DNA of 64,000 bases from Dendrobates tinctorius (taxonomy: Eukaryota). How positions within the stretch are numbered: position 1 is the first letter of the stretch; each line of letters begins with the position of its first letter. The DNA is taken from contig NW_027361794.1 of assembly GCF_039654945.1 (NCBI RefSeq), positions 19,840,001 through 19,904,000 of the forward strand, given 5' to 3'. The notes below the pieces were generated by a model. The model saw only the letters and a list, made by a program, of their open reading frames with translations. It searched no databases and was not told where the DNA came from. Below, in pieces: positions 24,658 through 38,084 of the stretch. The translations under genes and the position numbers were made by a program.

Positions 24658-26224
24658 CAGTTATGGCCAAAAGTTTTGAGAATGACACAAATATTATATT
24701 TTCACATGATCTGCTGGCCTCTGGTTTTTATGTGTGTTTGTCAGATGTTTTTATCACATACAGAAATATAATTGCAATCATATTATGAGTAACAAAAGGT
24801 TATATTGACAGTTAGAATGAGTTAATGCAGCAAGTCAATATTTTCAGTGTTGACCCTTCTTCTACAGGACCTCAGCAATTCTCCCTGGCATGCTCTCAAT
24901 CAACTTCTGGATCAAATCCTGACTGATAGCACTCCATTCTTGCAAAATCAATGCTTTTATTTTGTCTGAATTTGAAGGTTTTTGTTTGTCCACCCGTCTC
25001 TTGTTGATTGACCACAAGTTCTCAATGGGATTAAGATCTGGGCAGTTTCCAGGCCATGGTCCCACAATCTCTATGTTTTGTCCCCTGAGCCATTTAGTTA
25101 TCACCTTTGCTTTATGGCAAGGTGCTCCATCATGTTGAAAAAGGCATTGTTGATCGCCAAACTGCTCTTGGACGGTTGGGAGAAGTTGCTCTTGGAGGAC
25201 ATTCTGGTACCATTCTTTATTCATGGCTGTGTTTTTAGGCAAGACTGAGAGAGAGCCCATTCCCTTGGCTGAGAAGCAACCCCACACATGAATGGTTTCA
25301 GGATGCTTGACAGTTGGCATGAGACAAGACTGGTGGTAGCGCTCACCTGGTCTTCTCCGAATAAGCCGTTTTCCAGATGTCTCAAACAATCGAAAAGGGG
25401 ATTCATCAGAGAAAATGACTTTACCCCAGTCCTCAGCAGTCCACTCCCTGTACCTCTTGCAGAATATCAGTCTGTCCATGATGTTTTTCCTGGAGAGAAG
25501 TGGCTTCTTTGCTGCCCTCCTTGAGACCAGGCCTTGCTCCAAGAGTCTCCGCCTCACAGTGCGTGCAGATGCACTCACGCCTGTCTGCTGCCATTCCTGA
25601 GCAAGCTCTGCACTGCTGGTAGCCCGATCCCGCAGCTGAAACACTTTTAAGAGACGGTCCTGGCGCTTGCTGGTCTTTCTTGGGCGCCCTGGAGCCTTTT
25701 TGGCAACAAGGGAACCTCTCTCCTTGAAGTTCTTGATGATGCAATAGATTGTTGACTGAGGTGCAATCTTTCTAGCTGCGATACTCTTCCCTTTTAGGCC
25801 ATTTTTGTGCAGTGCAATGATGACTGCACATGTTTCTTTAGAGATAACCATGGTTAACAGAAGAGAAACAATGATGCCAAGCACCAGCCTCCTTTTAAAG
25901 TGTCCAGTGGTGTCATTCTTACTTAGTCATGACAGATTGATCTCCAGCCCTGTCCTCATCAACACCCACACCTGTGTTAATGGAGCAATCACTGAAACGA
26001 TGTTAGCTGGTCCTTTTAAGGCAGGGCTGCAATGATGTTGAAATGTGTTTTGGGGGATAAAGTTCATTTTCTAGGCAAATATTGACTTTGCAAGTAATTG
26101 CTGTTAAGCTGATCACTCTTTATGACATTCTGGAGTATATGCAAATTGCCATTAGAAAAAATGAAGCAGTAGACTTTGTAAAAATTAATATTTGTGTCAT
26201 TCTCAAAACTTTTGGCCATGACTG
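24658..26224 (-). mobile_element. Full-length Tc1-like element, DD35E (Traveler-type spacing)
   Basis: ~39-bp TIR cagttatggccaaaagttttgagaatgacacaaatatta; TA TSD at 24656-24657 and 26225-26226. Confidence 0.95.
24862..25851 (-). CDS. DD35E transposase, 329 aa, last ~9 residues lost to nonsense codons
   Basis: MVISKET start, GRPRK, FSDES, FQHDGAPCH...PDLNPIE (35 residues between D and E). The tail reads VL*KKGQH*KY. Confidence 0.9.
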   Translation of the reverse strand: MVISKETCAVIIALHKNGLKGKSIAARKIAPQSTIYCIIKNFKERGSLVAKKAPGRPRKTSKRQDRLLKVFQLRDRATSSAELAQEWQQTGVSASARTVRRRLLEQGLVSRRAAKKPLLSRKNIMDRLIFCKRYREWTAEDWGKVIFSDESPFRLFETSGKRLIRRRPGERYHQSCLMPTVKHPETIHVWGCFSAKGMGSLSVLPKNTAMNKEWYQNVLQEQLLPTVQEQFGDQQCLFQHDGAPCHKAKVITKWLRGQNIEIVGPWPGNCPDLNPIENLWSINKRRVDKQKPSNSDKIKALILQEWSAISQDLIQKLIESMPGRIAEVL

Positions 26225-27502
26225 TATAATGTTCCCACAGTACGGCCATCCCCCCACACAGTATAATGTTCCCACAGTATCGCCATCCCCCCCACACAGT
26301 ATAATGTTCCCACAGTACCGCCATCCCCCCCACACAGTATAATGTTCCCACAGTACCACCATCCCCCCAAACAGTATAATGTTCCCACAGTATCACCATC
26401 CCCCCACACAGTATAATGTTCCCACATTACTGCCATCCCCAACACATTGCAATGTTCCCACAGTACAGCCATCCCCCCATGCACTGTATAATGTTCCCAC
26501 AGTACGGCCATCCCCCCACACACAGTATAATGTTCCCACAGTACGGCCATCCCCCCACACAGTATAATGTTCCCAAAGTATCGCCATCCCCCCCACACAG
26601 TATAATGTTCCCATAGTACCGCCATCCCCCCCCACACAGTATAATGTTCCCACAGTACCGCCATCCCCCCACACAGTATAATGTTCCCACAGTACCACCA
26701 TCCCCCCCACACAGTATAATGTTCCCACAGTATCGCCATCCCCCCCACACAGTATAATGTTCCCACAGTACCACCATCCCCCCCACACAATATAATGTTC
26801 CCACAGTATCGCCATCCCCCCACACAGTATAATGTTCCCACAGTACCACCATCCCCCCCACACAGTATAATGTTCCCACAGTACCGCCATCCCCCCACAC
26901 AGTATAATGTTCCCACAGTACCACCATCCCCCACACACAGTATAATGTTCCCACATTACTGCCATCCCCAACACATTGCAATGTTCCCACAGTACCACCA
27001 TCCCCCACACACAGTATAATGTTACCATAGTACCACCATCCCCCCACACACAGTATAATGTTCCCACATTACTGCCATTCCCCACACAGTGTAATCCCTC
27101 CATTATGCTCTTTAGGCAGTAAGTATAATACCCCCCACACAGTGCAATGTTCCTCCAGTACCACCATCCCCCTACACACAGTATAATGCTCCCATTATGC
27201 CCCTGTAATGAGTGACCAGATACATAACACAAACAAACAAGGCTGAAGTTACCAAAATCATTATTTATTTCCCTGATAATTTGAATTGTGACAACTACAA
27301 CAACAGTGAATAATGAAAAACAGGGTGATTACGAGGTGAAATATACAATATCAAATATACAATGAATTCTCCGGCTCACTCTCACTGTAATAACAGCCTT
27401 TAATTGTATGTTACTTTTGCTACTGACAAGAGTGATGGTCCTGACACATAGTCACTTAGTCCTCAGTCCGGGACAACAGATCCCGTCTATTCAGCACGTC
27501 TG

Positions 27503-28138
27503 TGTCATGATCCCAGTGCAGGTTTTTGAGCTGCACGTCAGGGGTTAATGTCTGTAGTTCGGTGCAGGTTTTGACCTGCACACCTCGGGTTAATGATTGT
27601 AGCCTCTTTCAGGTTCTGGGAGAGCCTCTTAAGCCCCTGGGAAGCTCCAATCCCTGCCAGTTATACTTTTGCCTTTGGCCGAGTGTGCTGACCCCTGTGT
27701 GCCTGTTCGTTGTTATAGCTTGTTTATATGGTTCTGACCTGGTTTTGTTCCCCGTTGTGAGTTTGCCTGTTGATTCTGTACTGTGCTATCCTCTCTGTGT
27801 ATGACTCATTGCCTGTGATCTGACTACTCTCTGCTCGCACCTCTTGTACCTTGCAGCTATCTCTGTGTGTGACTCATTGGCTACGTCCTGACTATTCTCT
27901 CTGTCTTTGCCCCCTGGTAACTTTGTCTTGCAGTTACCCTGCTAGGAGTTCTCTTGCAGCTCCTAGCCCTCTGGAGTTTAGGCCACACCTCTAGCAGTCA
28001 CGTGCTTCAGGTCCTGCTGTTCTGAAGTACGCATCTACTCGGCTGCTGCCCGCTCCACAGGTATCTTTGAGCACAGTTCGCTTTACTCAGGACACGCGCA
28101 CTGGCTCAGTGAGCAAGTTCAGTGCGGTGTTTCTGACA
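27503..28138. mobile_element. Solo LTR (636 bp)
   Basis: TGTCA...TGACA termini, 5-bp TSD gtctg. Confidence 0.88.
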
Positions 28139-28975
28139 GTCTGCTCTGGGCTAGCATACCGGAGCTTCTGACAGGAAGCAGTAGCTTCCATCTCCCCTGA
28201 GGCTGCAAGTCCAGCCCACAAAGTTAACCATTAGCTGTGTCTACATAACTTCAGGCAGCAAATTGACATCACAGATACAAAGGTAATAATGGGAACATCC
28301 ACAATACAAGGCAGCACAAGTAAAGCACATAGATAATACATTAAGAACATTGTGAGGTGCCAAGGGGAGAGGTACTAGAAAACAGGTATATTTCTCCCCG
28401 TTTCATTTCATATGTCTCCCTGTACTGATGATGAAGCCAGTTTATTTCACTGTAATCCAGTCCTGGGTTCCTTAGTGATCAGCATGGAAAGGACTGGTAG
28501 TTCCCCCTCCACTTATTCAATCCAGGTTTTGGTTTCCTGGCTGGTCCAGCTGATATAATCAGGAGAAGCTGGGATCTCAGTCTATCTCGTCTGCTGAGCT
28601 GGGAGCTGACACAGTAAGATTACATGGACTTCTTTGCTGTTATATAGGTTTATTTTGTAGTTAGCCTGCTATTGTTAGTTAGTGGCCAGATGGCCTTAGA
28701 TGTTTTATTTCATGTTTGGCATGTGTAACATTGAATAACAAGTGTGCACAATAAATATGCCGTGTCCATATCCATGTGGAACTTGCTAGTCTGCTGAAGT
28801 GACTCCATAGCCACACGCTTGTGCCAAAGCAAAGATCCCAGCTGAGCTATCTATTCCCACAAATGGTGTTTCGAATGCGGGCAACTGTGGCTGCTGGACT
28901 GTGACTGCAGAGAAAACGCTGTGTATGTCCTGGCTGAAAGCTTCTGCACTTTTGAAGAGCCAAGAGTCCAGTAAT

Positions 28976-31900
28976 ATGGAGGAACTAGTGAAGCAGTTAT
29001 TGCAAGCAAATGTGCAACAACAGCAGACTAATACTTGCTTCCAGAAGGCTCTGGAGCAGCAACACCAGATGCAGCAAGAGCAGTTGGAGGCAATAAAACA
29101 GGCCTTGGTTCGGCAACCCCGAGATGAAGGAGACCGTGCACAAAGCGCTGCTAGTGCGCAGAAAGCCGTACAGAAGACTGCTTAAAATGACCGCAGACGA
29201 TGATGTGGAAGCATACCTCACCATGTTCGAACGTATTGCAGAACGTGAGCACTTACCGCTGGACAGGTGGGCTGAGGTAGTTGCTCCATTTCTGAGCGAA
29301 GATCCACAAAAGGCCTATTACGATCTGAGTGGAGCGGATGCTATGGACTATATCAAACTCAAAGGCGAAATCCTGGCAAGGCTGGGAGTAAACACGTATG
29401 TACGTGCACAGAGGGTGCATTTATGGACTTTTGTGGAGCACCAGCCAGCCCGCTCACAAATGCATGATCTCATCCATCTAGTAAAAAAATGGCTGCAACC
29501 AGAGGCTTTGACATCCGCACAGATGGTGGAGCGTGTTGTTCTAGACAAGTACCTGCGGTCCTTACCCGCTAAGATCCAGAGGTGGGTTGGACAGGGTGAC
29601 CCAACTACCGCTGACCAGTTGGTGAATATGGTCGAACGCTACAATGCTTCTGAAAGCCTACTCCAAGGGACATTAGCTCCCTACTGGCTCCCCAAGAAAT
29701 CGCTGGAGAGTCCTGCGAAACCTACTTCATCTTCAAAAGAAGAGAACGTCACAATGAAGGGTAGCAGACCTACAAAGGACAATGGAGGTGGTACGGGCTC
29801 ACATCAAGCCAGCAGACCTCGTCTGGGATCTCCATCGAGGAGGCAAGAGCCTATACAATGTTGGCGATGTCGCGGGCTTGGCCATGTAGCAGCTAACTGC
29901 CCAATGACTACAGAGCCAATGGACTGTAACGCTATGAGGCGTCTTTCATTACATGTGCAGTCAGTCTGTGTGGCGGAGACCCTCACGGGAAATGAACAAC
30001 ACGTGTGCCACGTCGAGGTTGACGGTTATAGTGTGAATGCCGTCTTGGATTCCGGCAGTCAAGTAACTTTGGTACATGCCAGTTTAGTGGACTCTAGCGC
30101 CCTAACGAACTTAACCGTGGGCATTAGTTGCATCCATGGGGATACTAAGAACTACCCCACTGCCTGGGTTACTCTTGCCACGTCAGTAGGGACCAAAAGA
30201 CATCAGGCGGCAGTCATAAAGTCTATGGGACACAGTGTAATCCTGGGGAGAGACTTTCCCTTATTTTGGGACTTGTGGAACTTCAAAAGTGGCATGAACC
30301 CTCTAGTTGAAGACGGTACTCTGGAGCTAGCCCCTGAACCATTGCAGCAAGACGACGGAGAACCCATCTCAGAGAAAGTACTAGAATCTGTGGACTCTCC
30401 TCTGGCTGTGTATGCAGGCGATGCAGACCAGCTAGAGGATGTTTTAGAAATGCCTGATCTTGAGGTGGCCCGTGGTAAGTTCGGGACCACTCAGCACCAG
30501 GATCCTACTCTAGCAAGTGCGTGGGAAAACGTAAAGGTCTCCGAGAGAAGACCATTGTACCCAGGGGCTCAAAACGAGTTCCCACACATGGCGGTGCAGC
30601 AGGATATGCTGTATCACATAGACAAGGTGCGAGGAGTGGTGGTAGAACAACTAGTGGTACCTAAGTTCTTTCGCCAGGTAGTTTTGGAGTTGGCACATAA
30701 ACATCCCTTGGGAGGACACCTGGCGGTAGAAAAGACAAAACACCGTATTCTGCAATGTTTCTTTTGGCCGGGTCTAGTGGGAGACGTGACCCAGTACTGT
30801 CGGTCATATCCTACGTGTCAATTGACCGCACCTATGTCACATTTTAGAAGCCCCTTAGTGCCCTTACCAATAATAGAGGTGCCCTTCGAGAGGATAGCAA
30901 TGGATATAGTCGGTCCGTTAGTTAAATCTGCCAGGGGTCATCAGTACATTTTGGTAGTATTGGATTATGCCACGCGTTATCCCGAAGCAGTGCCCTTGCG
31001 GAATGCCAATGCGAAATCAATTTCAAAGGAGCTGGTTAATATGTTTTCCCGCACCGACATTCCGAAAGAGATACTTACAGATCAAGGGACCCCCTTTATG
31101 TCTCGTATACTTAAGGATTTATGTAAACTACTAAAAATCTCCCATTTGCGTACCTCAGTATATCACCCTCAGACTGACGGTTTGGTGGAGCACTTTAACA
31201 AAACCCTAAAGGGAATGTTGAAAAGGGTGGTGGATAAGGACGGGAGAGATTGGGATGGCCTACTACCAGACCTCCTGTTCGCTATACGTGAGGTACCCCA
31301 ATCCTCCACAGGCTTTTCACCTTTTGAGTTGGTTTATGGGCGGTGTCCTAGAGGCCTGTTAGATATTGCCAAGGAGACTTGGGAACAAGAGGTGACTCCG
31401 TATCGCAGTGTAATTGAACACATAACACTTATGCAGGACCGAATTGCAGCAGTTATGCCAATAGTTAAAGAGTGTTTAGAGCGCGCACAACATGCCCAAA
31501 GCACGGTATACAACCGAGCGGCTAAAACACGAGTCTTTCAACCCGGAGACAGGGTGTTGGTATTGGTACCTACCGTAGAAAATAAATTTCTTGCGAAATG
31601 GCAGGGACCATGCGAAGTGCTGGAACGAATAGGTGAAGTAAATTATAAGATACACCAACCAGACAATAGAAAGCACAAAAAAATATACCACATAAACTTG
31701 CTTAAGGCCTGGCGGGACAGGGAGAGTCTGGTGGCAGGAGCTGCCCTTGAGGATGGGCCTCGAGGGGCACCACCTTCTAAGGTAAAGGACCCCCAGGTAC
31801 CTCCGCCAGAAGTGGGTATTGCAGACACGCTATCCGAAAGCCAAAAACGAGAGACCAGGGAGTTCATACAGAGGAACGCAGATGTTTTCTCGGAACTTCC

Positions 31901-33257
31901 TGGCCGGACTCACCTAATTAAACATGACATTGTTACTGATCCACAGGCGCGGGTATGGCTAAAACCATATCGAATTCCGGAGGCTCGGAGACAAGCCATT
32001 GCCCAGGAAGTGAAGATGTTAGAGCTCGGGGTCATTGAGGAGTCCCGGAGTGATTGGGCTAGCCCTATCGTACTGGTGCCCAAACCTGATGGGACTATCC
32101 GATTTTGTAACGATTTTCGGAAAGTAAATGAAGTATCGAAATTCGATGCCTACCCGATGCCAAGAGTCGATGAACTGATAGAGAGACTGGGTTCGGCCAG
32201 GTACATATCCACTATTCACTTAACAAAAGGTTATTGGCAGATTCCCCTCACGGAATCAGCCAAAGAGAAAACTGCATTTGTTACGCCCCAGGGATTATTC
32301 CAGTACCGAGATATGCCATTTGGGTTGCATGGTGCCGCAGCCACCTTCCAACGTCTAATGGATATTGTCCTAAAACCCCATGGCCAGTATGCGTCCGCAT
32401 ACTTGGACAACATCATTATCTTTAGCGATGACTGGGACACGCATTTGTCAAAAGTACAAGCCGTCTTAGACTCCCTAAAAACAGCTGGGTTGACTGCCAA
32501 TCCCAAGAAATGTACATTGGGATTGGAAGAGGCTCGCTATGTGGGATATAGCATAGGGAGAGGCGTCGTGAAGCCTCAAGCCAATAAAGTGGACGCTATT
32601 CAAAATTGGCCATGACCGGTAACCAAAAAACAGGTTGGAGCTTTTTTTAGGGATCGTTGGTTATTATAGGCGGTTCATCAAACATTTTGCGACCATTGCA
32701 GCTCCTCTCACAGATCTTACTAAGGGGTCGAAATCTGTCACAATAAAGTGGAACGCAGAAGCAGAGGAGGCCTTTCAGTGATTGAAAACAGTCCTCTGTG
32801 ACCAACCAGTGTTGGTTGCACCAGACTTTAAACGGGAGTTTATTGTCCAAATGGACGCCTCTGGGGTGGGCCTCGGCGCGGTTTTGTCTCAAGAAGTAAA
32901 TGGTGAGGAACACCCAGTGGCCTATCTAAGCAGAAAGCTTATGAGAGCAGAAAAGAACTACAGTGTAGTTGAGCGGGAAGCACTGGCTGTGAAATGGGCC
33001 CTGTGCACCTTGCGCTATTATTTACTAGGTCGCCAGTTTAGGCTAGTGACGGACCATTCGCCCTAACGTGGATGTCCCGAGCAAAAGAAGGCAATGCGTG
33101 GGTGACACGCTGGTTCTTAGCATTACAAGGGTTTAAATTTTCCGTTGAGCACAGGGCGGGCACAGCGCACAGAAATGCAGATGCGTTGTCTAGAACGCAC
33201 TGCTTGGTGACTCGTCGTGTCCGACTCCATGGGCTCGAACAGAGGAGGGGGGTGTGA
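28976..33257 (+). pseudogene. Gmr1 gag-pol polyprotein, disrupted (longest open stretch 29124-32615)
   Basis: SCAN-like capsid (VEAYLTMFER...KKWLQPE...VVLDKYLRSLP), CCHC knuckle CWRCRGLGHVAANC, protease LDSGS, integrase DIVGP/TDQG/GLVE, RT YLDN (mutated YLDD), RNase H DASG. Frameshift near 29170; stops and frameshifts after 32613. Confidence 0.93.
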
Positions 33258-33664
33258 GAGGTGCCAAGGGGAGAGGTACTAGAAAACAGGTATATTTCTC
33301 CCCGTTTCATTTCATATGTCTCCCTGTACTGATGATGCAGCCAGTTTATTTCACTGTAATCCAGTCCTGGGTTCCTTAGTGATCAGCATGGAAAGGACTG
33401 GTAGTTCCCCCTCCACTTATTCAATGCAGGTTTTGGTTTCCTGGCTGGTCCAGCTGATATAATCAGGAGAAGCTGGGATATCAGTCTATCTCGTCTGCTG
33501 AGCTAGGAGCTGACACAGTAAGATTACATGGACTTCTTTGCTGTTATATAGGTTTATTTTGTAGTTAGCCTGCTATTGTTAGTTAGTGGCCAGACGGCCT
33601 TAGATGTTTTATTTCATGTTTGGCATGTGTAACATTGAATAACAAGTGTGCACAATAAATATGC

Positions 33665-33799
33665 GGGCAGGGTCCTCTCTCCTCCTGTACCTGTTACTTG
33701 TATTGTTTAAGATTATTGTACTTTTATTATGTATACCCCTCCTTACATGTAAAGCGCCATGGAATAAATGGCGCTATAACAATAAATAATAATAATAAT
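33665..33799 (+). mobile_element. 5'-truncated L2 (or L2-tailed SINE) 3' end inserted in the Gmr1 3' LTR
   Basis: Absent from the 5' LTR. Stem-loop agcgccat-ggaataa-atggcgct, (AAT)n tail, TSD aataaatatgc (33654-33664 / 33800-33810). Similar to 1133-1250. Confidence 0.9.
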
Positions 33800-36252
33800 A
33801 ATAAATATGCCGTGTCCATATCCATGTGGAACTTGCTAGTCTGCTGAAGTGACTCCATAGCCACACGCTTGTGCCAAAGCAGAGATCCCAGCTGAGCTAT
33901 CTATTCCCACAACATATTTATATAAAGTGCACAGGGGGCCACACTGAGAAGGAGAGGATGCAACTGAGGGGACCTGCTACCCCCTTACTCTCTCCCCTCC
34001 TTAAAAATGGCCGTCCCCAGCCATGGCAACCTTTGCAAAATGTATATATATGTAACATCAGAGTCCCAGTCTCTCTGCAGATAGGTTCATAGAAAAACAA
34101 AAACAGAGTTCATAGTCCACAAGAGTCAGTTGGCCCTTTAACACAAGCAGGCAAAGTATTTGAAGTGGGGCTCATTCATACCCGACAGTCTTTCTCTATG
34201 TGGGCTAAAAATTGGGGCATTTTTTGGGCTCAATTGAACTGTTGTTGCTGTGTCTTAGTCTATTTATTCACACTCTTTTGCTGTTAAAAAAATACAGGAC
34301 AGATTATTTAAAGTGGGGGATCTCAGTCACAGGCCTCACCTATCTGTGGGCTAAATATTGGAGCATTTTTTGGCTCAATTGAACTGTTGTTGCTGTGTCT
34401 TAGCTTATTTATTCACACTCTTTTGCTGTTTAAAAAAATACAGTCCACATATTTTACAGTGTAGTATCTCTGTCAAATGCCTCACCTATTTGTGGGCTAC
34501 AAATTGTGACATTTGAGGGCTCCATTCAACTGTTTTTCCAGTGTCTTAGCCTAGTTATTGATACCAGTTTGCTGGAAAAAAAAATGTTACCTACAGGCCA
34601 GATATTTTAAACTGTGATTTTCCCGCACACGGATCACATACAAGTTGGCTCCCAATTCAGCCATTTGTAGTGCACGTGGAAAATATTGTAGTCCATTTAA
34701 AATGGGCAAGGGACGGGGAAGTGGATGTGATGGTGATGGTGCATGCAGACACCGAGGCCGTGCGCAAGCTGAAATTGTTCCACAACAAACACCCACATCT
34801 TCTTGCCCGACCTTCATGACCCAATTACTAGGGGTCTGCAGCAGGACATCACTATTGAAACCAGAGCAGTGTGAAACAATTGTTGGATGGTTAGCGGATA
34901 ATGCTTGCGGTCTGTTTGCCACCACCACCACTACCACCCTGTCTTCCCCACGGTCAAGTATGAGTAGCTGTGAGTCTGGACCGCATATTCCTCACTCTGA
35001 TCCTCCTTCCTCCCACCATGTCATGTGCCCGGAGACAACTGATCCCACACTTGGACACTCCAAAGAGCTGTTCTCTTTTCCATTTATAGATTTGGGTCTC
35101 TGGCCCGGTACACTTGAAGCGCGGGGCAAGATGAGCAGCCACGGTCACACAAAGGCAACGGTGGGAACGTGTCACAAGAGGTGGACGATGATGAGACACA
35201 ATTGCCAGCAAGTCAGGAGGAGGACCAGGGTGTGGAAGTGGAATCCAAAGTGGTGGATGATATAGTAACTGACCTAACCTTGCAGGAGGACATGCAGAGT
35301 GAGAACAGCTGCACACAGGGGGAGGGAGGCGTAGCAATCCAACAGGGAGGAAGAAGCAGTGTGGTGGCCGCAGACAGAAGACGGGCATCTATTCCTCATG
35401 ACACCAGCATGACGGAAGTTGGCAGGAAAACTGTTAGGTCTTCCCAAGTCTGATTGTTTTTTAAAAGCTCTACTGATAACCCCAAACAGACCATTTGCAC
35501 CACCTGCCATGCCCGCATCAGCAAGTGTAGCAAAACTAACTGTCTGACCACCACCAGCATGATCAGGCACATGGCAGCAAAGCATCTTACTTCATGGGCC
35601 AAACCACAGGTTCCATCAACAGTATTTGTAGATGAAAACACAGCTTCTTGCACTGTTGGGCGTGCAAGCCAATCCGCTGTCCACGGTACATGTGAAGATG
35701 CCTTCTGCCCTGCACCTGTCGTTACTCACACTCAACTACAATAAGCACATCCATGTCCTTGTCGCAGCACAGCCTTCAGTTGTCCATACCCCAGTCATTG
35801 GAACGCAACCGTAAATACACAGCCAACGCCCCACAGGCCACAGAACTAAATTCACACATTTCTCGTCTGCTTGCGGTCGAAATGTTGCCTTTTAGGCTTG
35901 TGGAGACAGAAGCTTTCCGCAACCTGATGGTGGCGGCCTTCCCAAGATACTCGGTCCCCAGCCGCCACTATTTCTCCCGCTGTGCCGTCCTAGCATTACA
36001 CAAGCACCTCTCCCTCAACATTACCCGTGCCCTAAACAATGCTGTCTCTGGGAAAGTCCACCTAACCACAGACACGTGGACAAGTGCAGGGCAGGGACGC
36101 TACATCTTGCTGACGGCACACTGGGTTAACATAGTGGAAGCCGGGACCCAGACGAACTTTGGAATGGAACACGTCCTCCCGACGTCAATCAGTGTTGCCC
36201 CCACAGTCTTCAGCTCCTGCCCTCCTCTTCAGCCTCCATGTCCAAAATTACC

Positions 36253-37137
36253 TGTTAGGGTCGGTGGAACGCACCAAATATAAATAATAGTAGGTGCGTT
36301 CGCCGCTCGGGGTCCACCGTGCGGTAGGTGACAAGATCGCTGCTGAACAATGGCAGATGCACCTAGTAGGTGCGGTACTGCGCTCGGGTTAACGTCACCC
36401 GAACGCTAAAGGTGGCTCCGTACAAACACAGAGTCGCTTGGTGAACACTAAAGCAAAGGCGCGGGCCCTGTTAGCGTCACAGAGGCCTGCGTGTGGCGTC
36501 GCAGCCGTGAACACCAATAGCTGCTGTTACTACAGCGCAGCGGCAGAGAAAGCGCAAGCGTCGGCGCCAAGGACCGGGCGCCGACGGACGCTAGTGTAGG
36601 CGTGGAGCAAGTGGCGTGTAGCTTGCCACAACCCTGGAGCTGACTATTCACACTCGGTCACCACTCTTAATATCAGAGGGTAGGGGTTTCATAATGAGTC
36701 AGACACCAGTCCATGCATCCATCACCATACACACACAGAATAATATGCTACACTAGCGCATGGCCGAGCCGCCATGCGGGGCTTTTATAGCGATGCGTTT
36801 CCGGGACCTTCCAATACTTTGGGAAGGACCAATCAGATCCAACACAGGACCTGCACATGTGACCCCTGCTCTCCACTGAGAGGGCACGTTGCGGGCATGC
36901 CCAGTAGCACAGCACGAGGACTTAGCCTCTGGAGCGGTTCCCTGCAAAGCAGGTTGCACTACCATTGCTGCACCGGAGGTGGCGGCAACATCTAGGCTCA
37001 CAGAACGAGTCTGAGGAGAATGCCTGGCTCGCCGTGATTACTGAGCAGGAGTCCGAGCGGTCGGAGGAGAATGGGAGACCGCAGGATGTCTGGCTCTGGA
37101 TTCCTGCTGTGCAGTGCCAGGAATCCGACGCCTAACA
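36253..37137. mobile_element. Solo LTR (885 bp) interrupting the hAT transposase
   Basis: TGTTAGG...CCTAACA termini, 5-bp TSD ttacc. Confidence 0.9.
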
Positions 37138-37740
37138 TTACCACATCAGTCACAAGCTGGAAGCACTGCCTCAGCCAAGCGTCAACAGGCTGTACTAAAG
37201 CTAATATGCTTAGGTGACAAACCGCATAATGCTGAAGAGTTGTGGACAGCTCTGAAAAAGCAAGGAGATGTGTGGCTGACATCGCAGAACCTACAGTCAG
37301 GCATGGTCATGTTTGACAATGGCTGGAACCTGGTGGCGGCTCTGAGGCAAGGCGAGCTCACACATTTACCATGCCTGGCCCATGTGTTTAACCTCATTGT
37401 TCAACAGTTTCTCAAAAGCTATCCAGAGCTGCTGGATCTGCTTGTCAAATTACGTTGCCTATGTGCCCATTTTAGAAAGTCAGCTTCTGCCGCCCTTGCC
37501 ATGCTTCAGCAGCATTTGCAGCTTACGGCTCACCGACTGGTATGTGATGTCCCCATGCATTGGAACTCAATACTGCACATGTTGGAATTATTTGTGAGCA
37601 GAAGAGGGCAGTTGTTGACTACCAGCATCAACAAGGCCGTCGGTATTCAGTTCAGAGTCCATGATGGCTGTAAAAAAAATATTTACACAGTAGGTTGATA
37701 TGTACCCCCAGGGGGAAATGTTGGTCAGCCCATACACTTA

Positions 37741-38084
37741 GGGTACCGTTATACCTAGCGATATGACGCGGTCAGGATCGCTGGTGCGTCGCTAGTGAGC
37801 TGCCACACAGGCAGATCTCACTAGCGACATCGCTGGGGTCGGGGATCGCTACTTACCTGTCAGACGAGGCGATCCTGCGTCCACGCGTCGCTCATCGTCA
37901 CAGCAGGAAGCGCCGCAGGAAGTGACCGACGAGGAATGATCCATGAGCTTCTCGCGCGATCAGCGATAACCAGCGGGGGAGCGGTCGGAGCTAAGTATCA
38001 CATGCAGCGATATTGCTAGCAATATCGCTGCAACGTCACAAAATCGGTGACTTTACAGCGATATCGCAGTGTGTAGCGGGGGCT
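37741..38084. mobile_element. PIF/Harbinger-type MITE
   Basis: TTA TSD; reverse-complement homologue of the 6835-7231 MITE. Confidence 0.85.

Larger units (their letters stand above)
24130..27200. repeat. ~41-bp minisatellite, split by the DD35E element
   Basis: Unit approximately cacagtataatgttcccacagtaccgccatcccccca. Confidence 0.95.
28351..33911 (+). mobile_element. Full-length Gmr1-type Gypsy LTR retrotransposon
   Basis: LTRs at 28351-28861 and 33255-33911 (about 7 substitutions counted by eye, plus an insertion in the 3' LTR). 4-bp TSD acat, PBS at 28864, PPT aggagggggg, domain order gag-PR-IN-RT-RH. Confidence 0.96.

Noticed and set aside
24084-27232. Gly/Trp/Cys-rich ORFs
   Set aside because: They are minisatellite translations.
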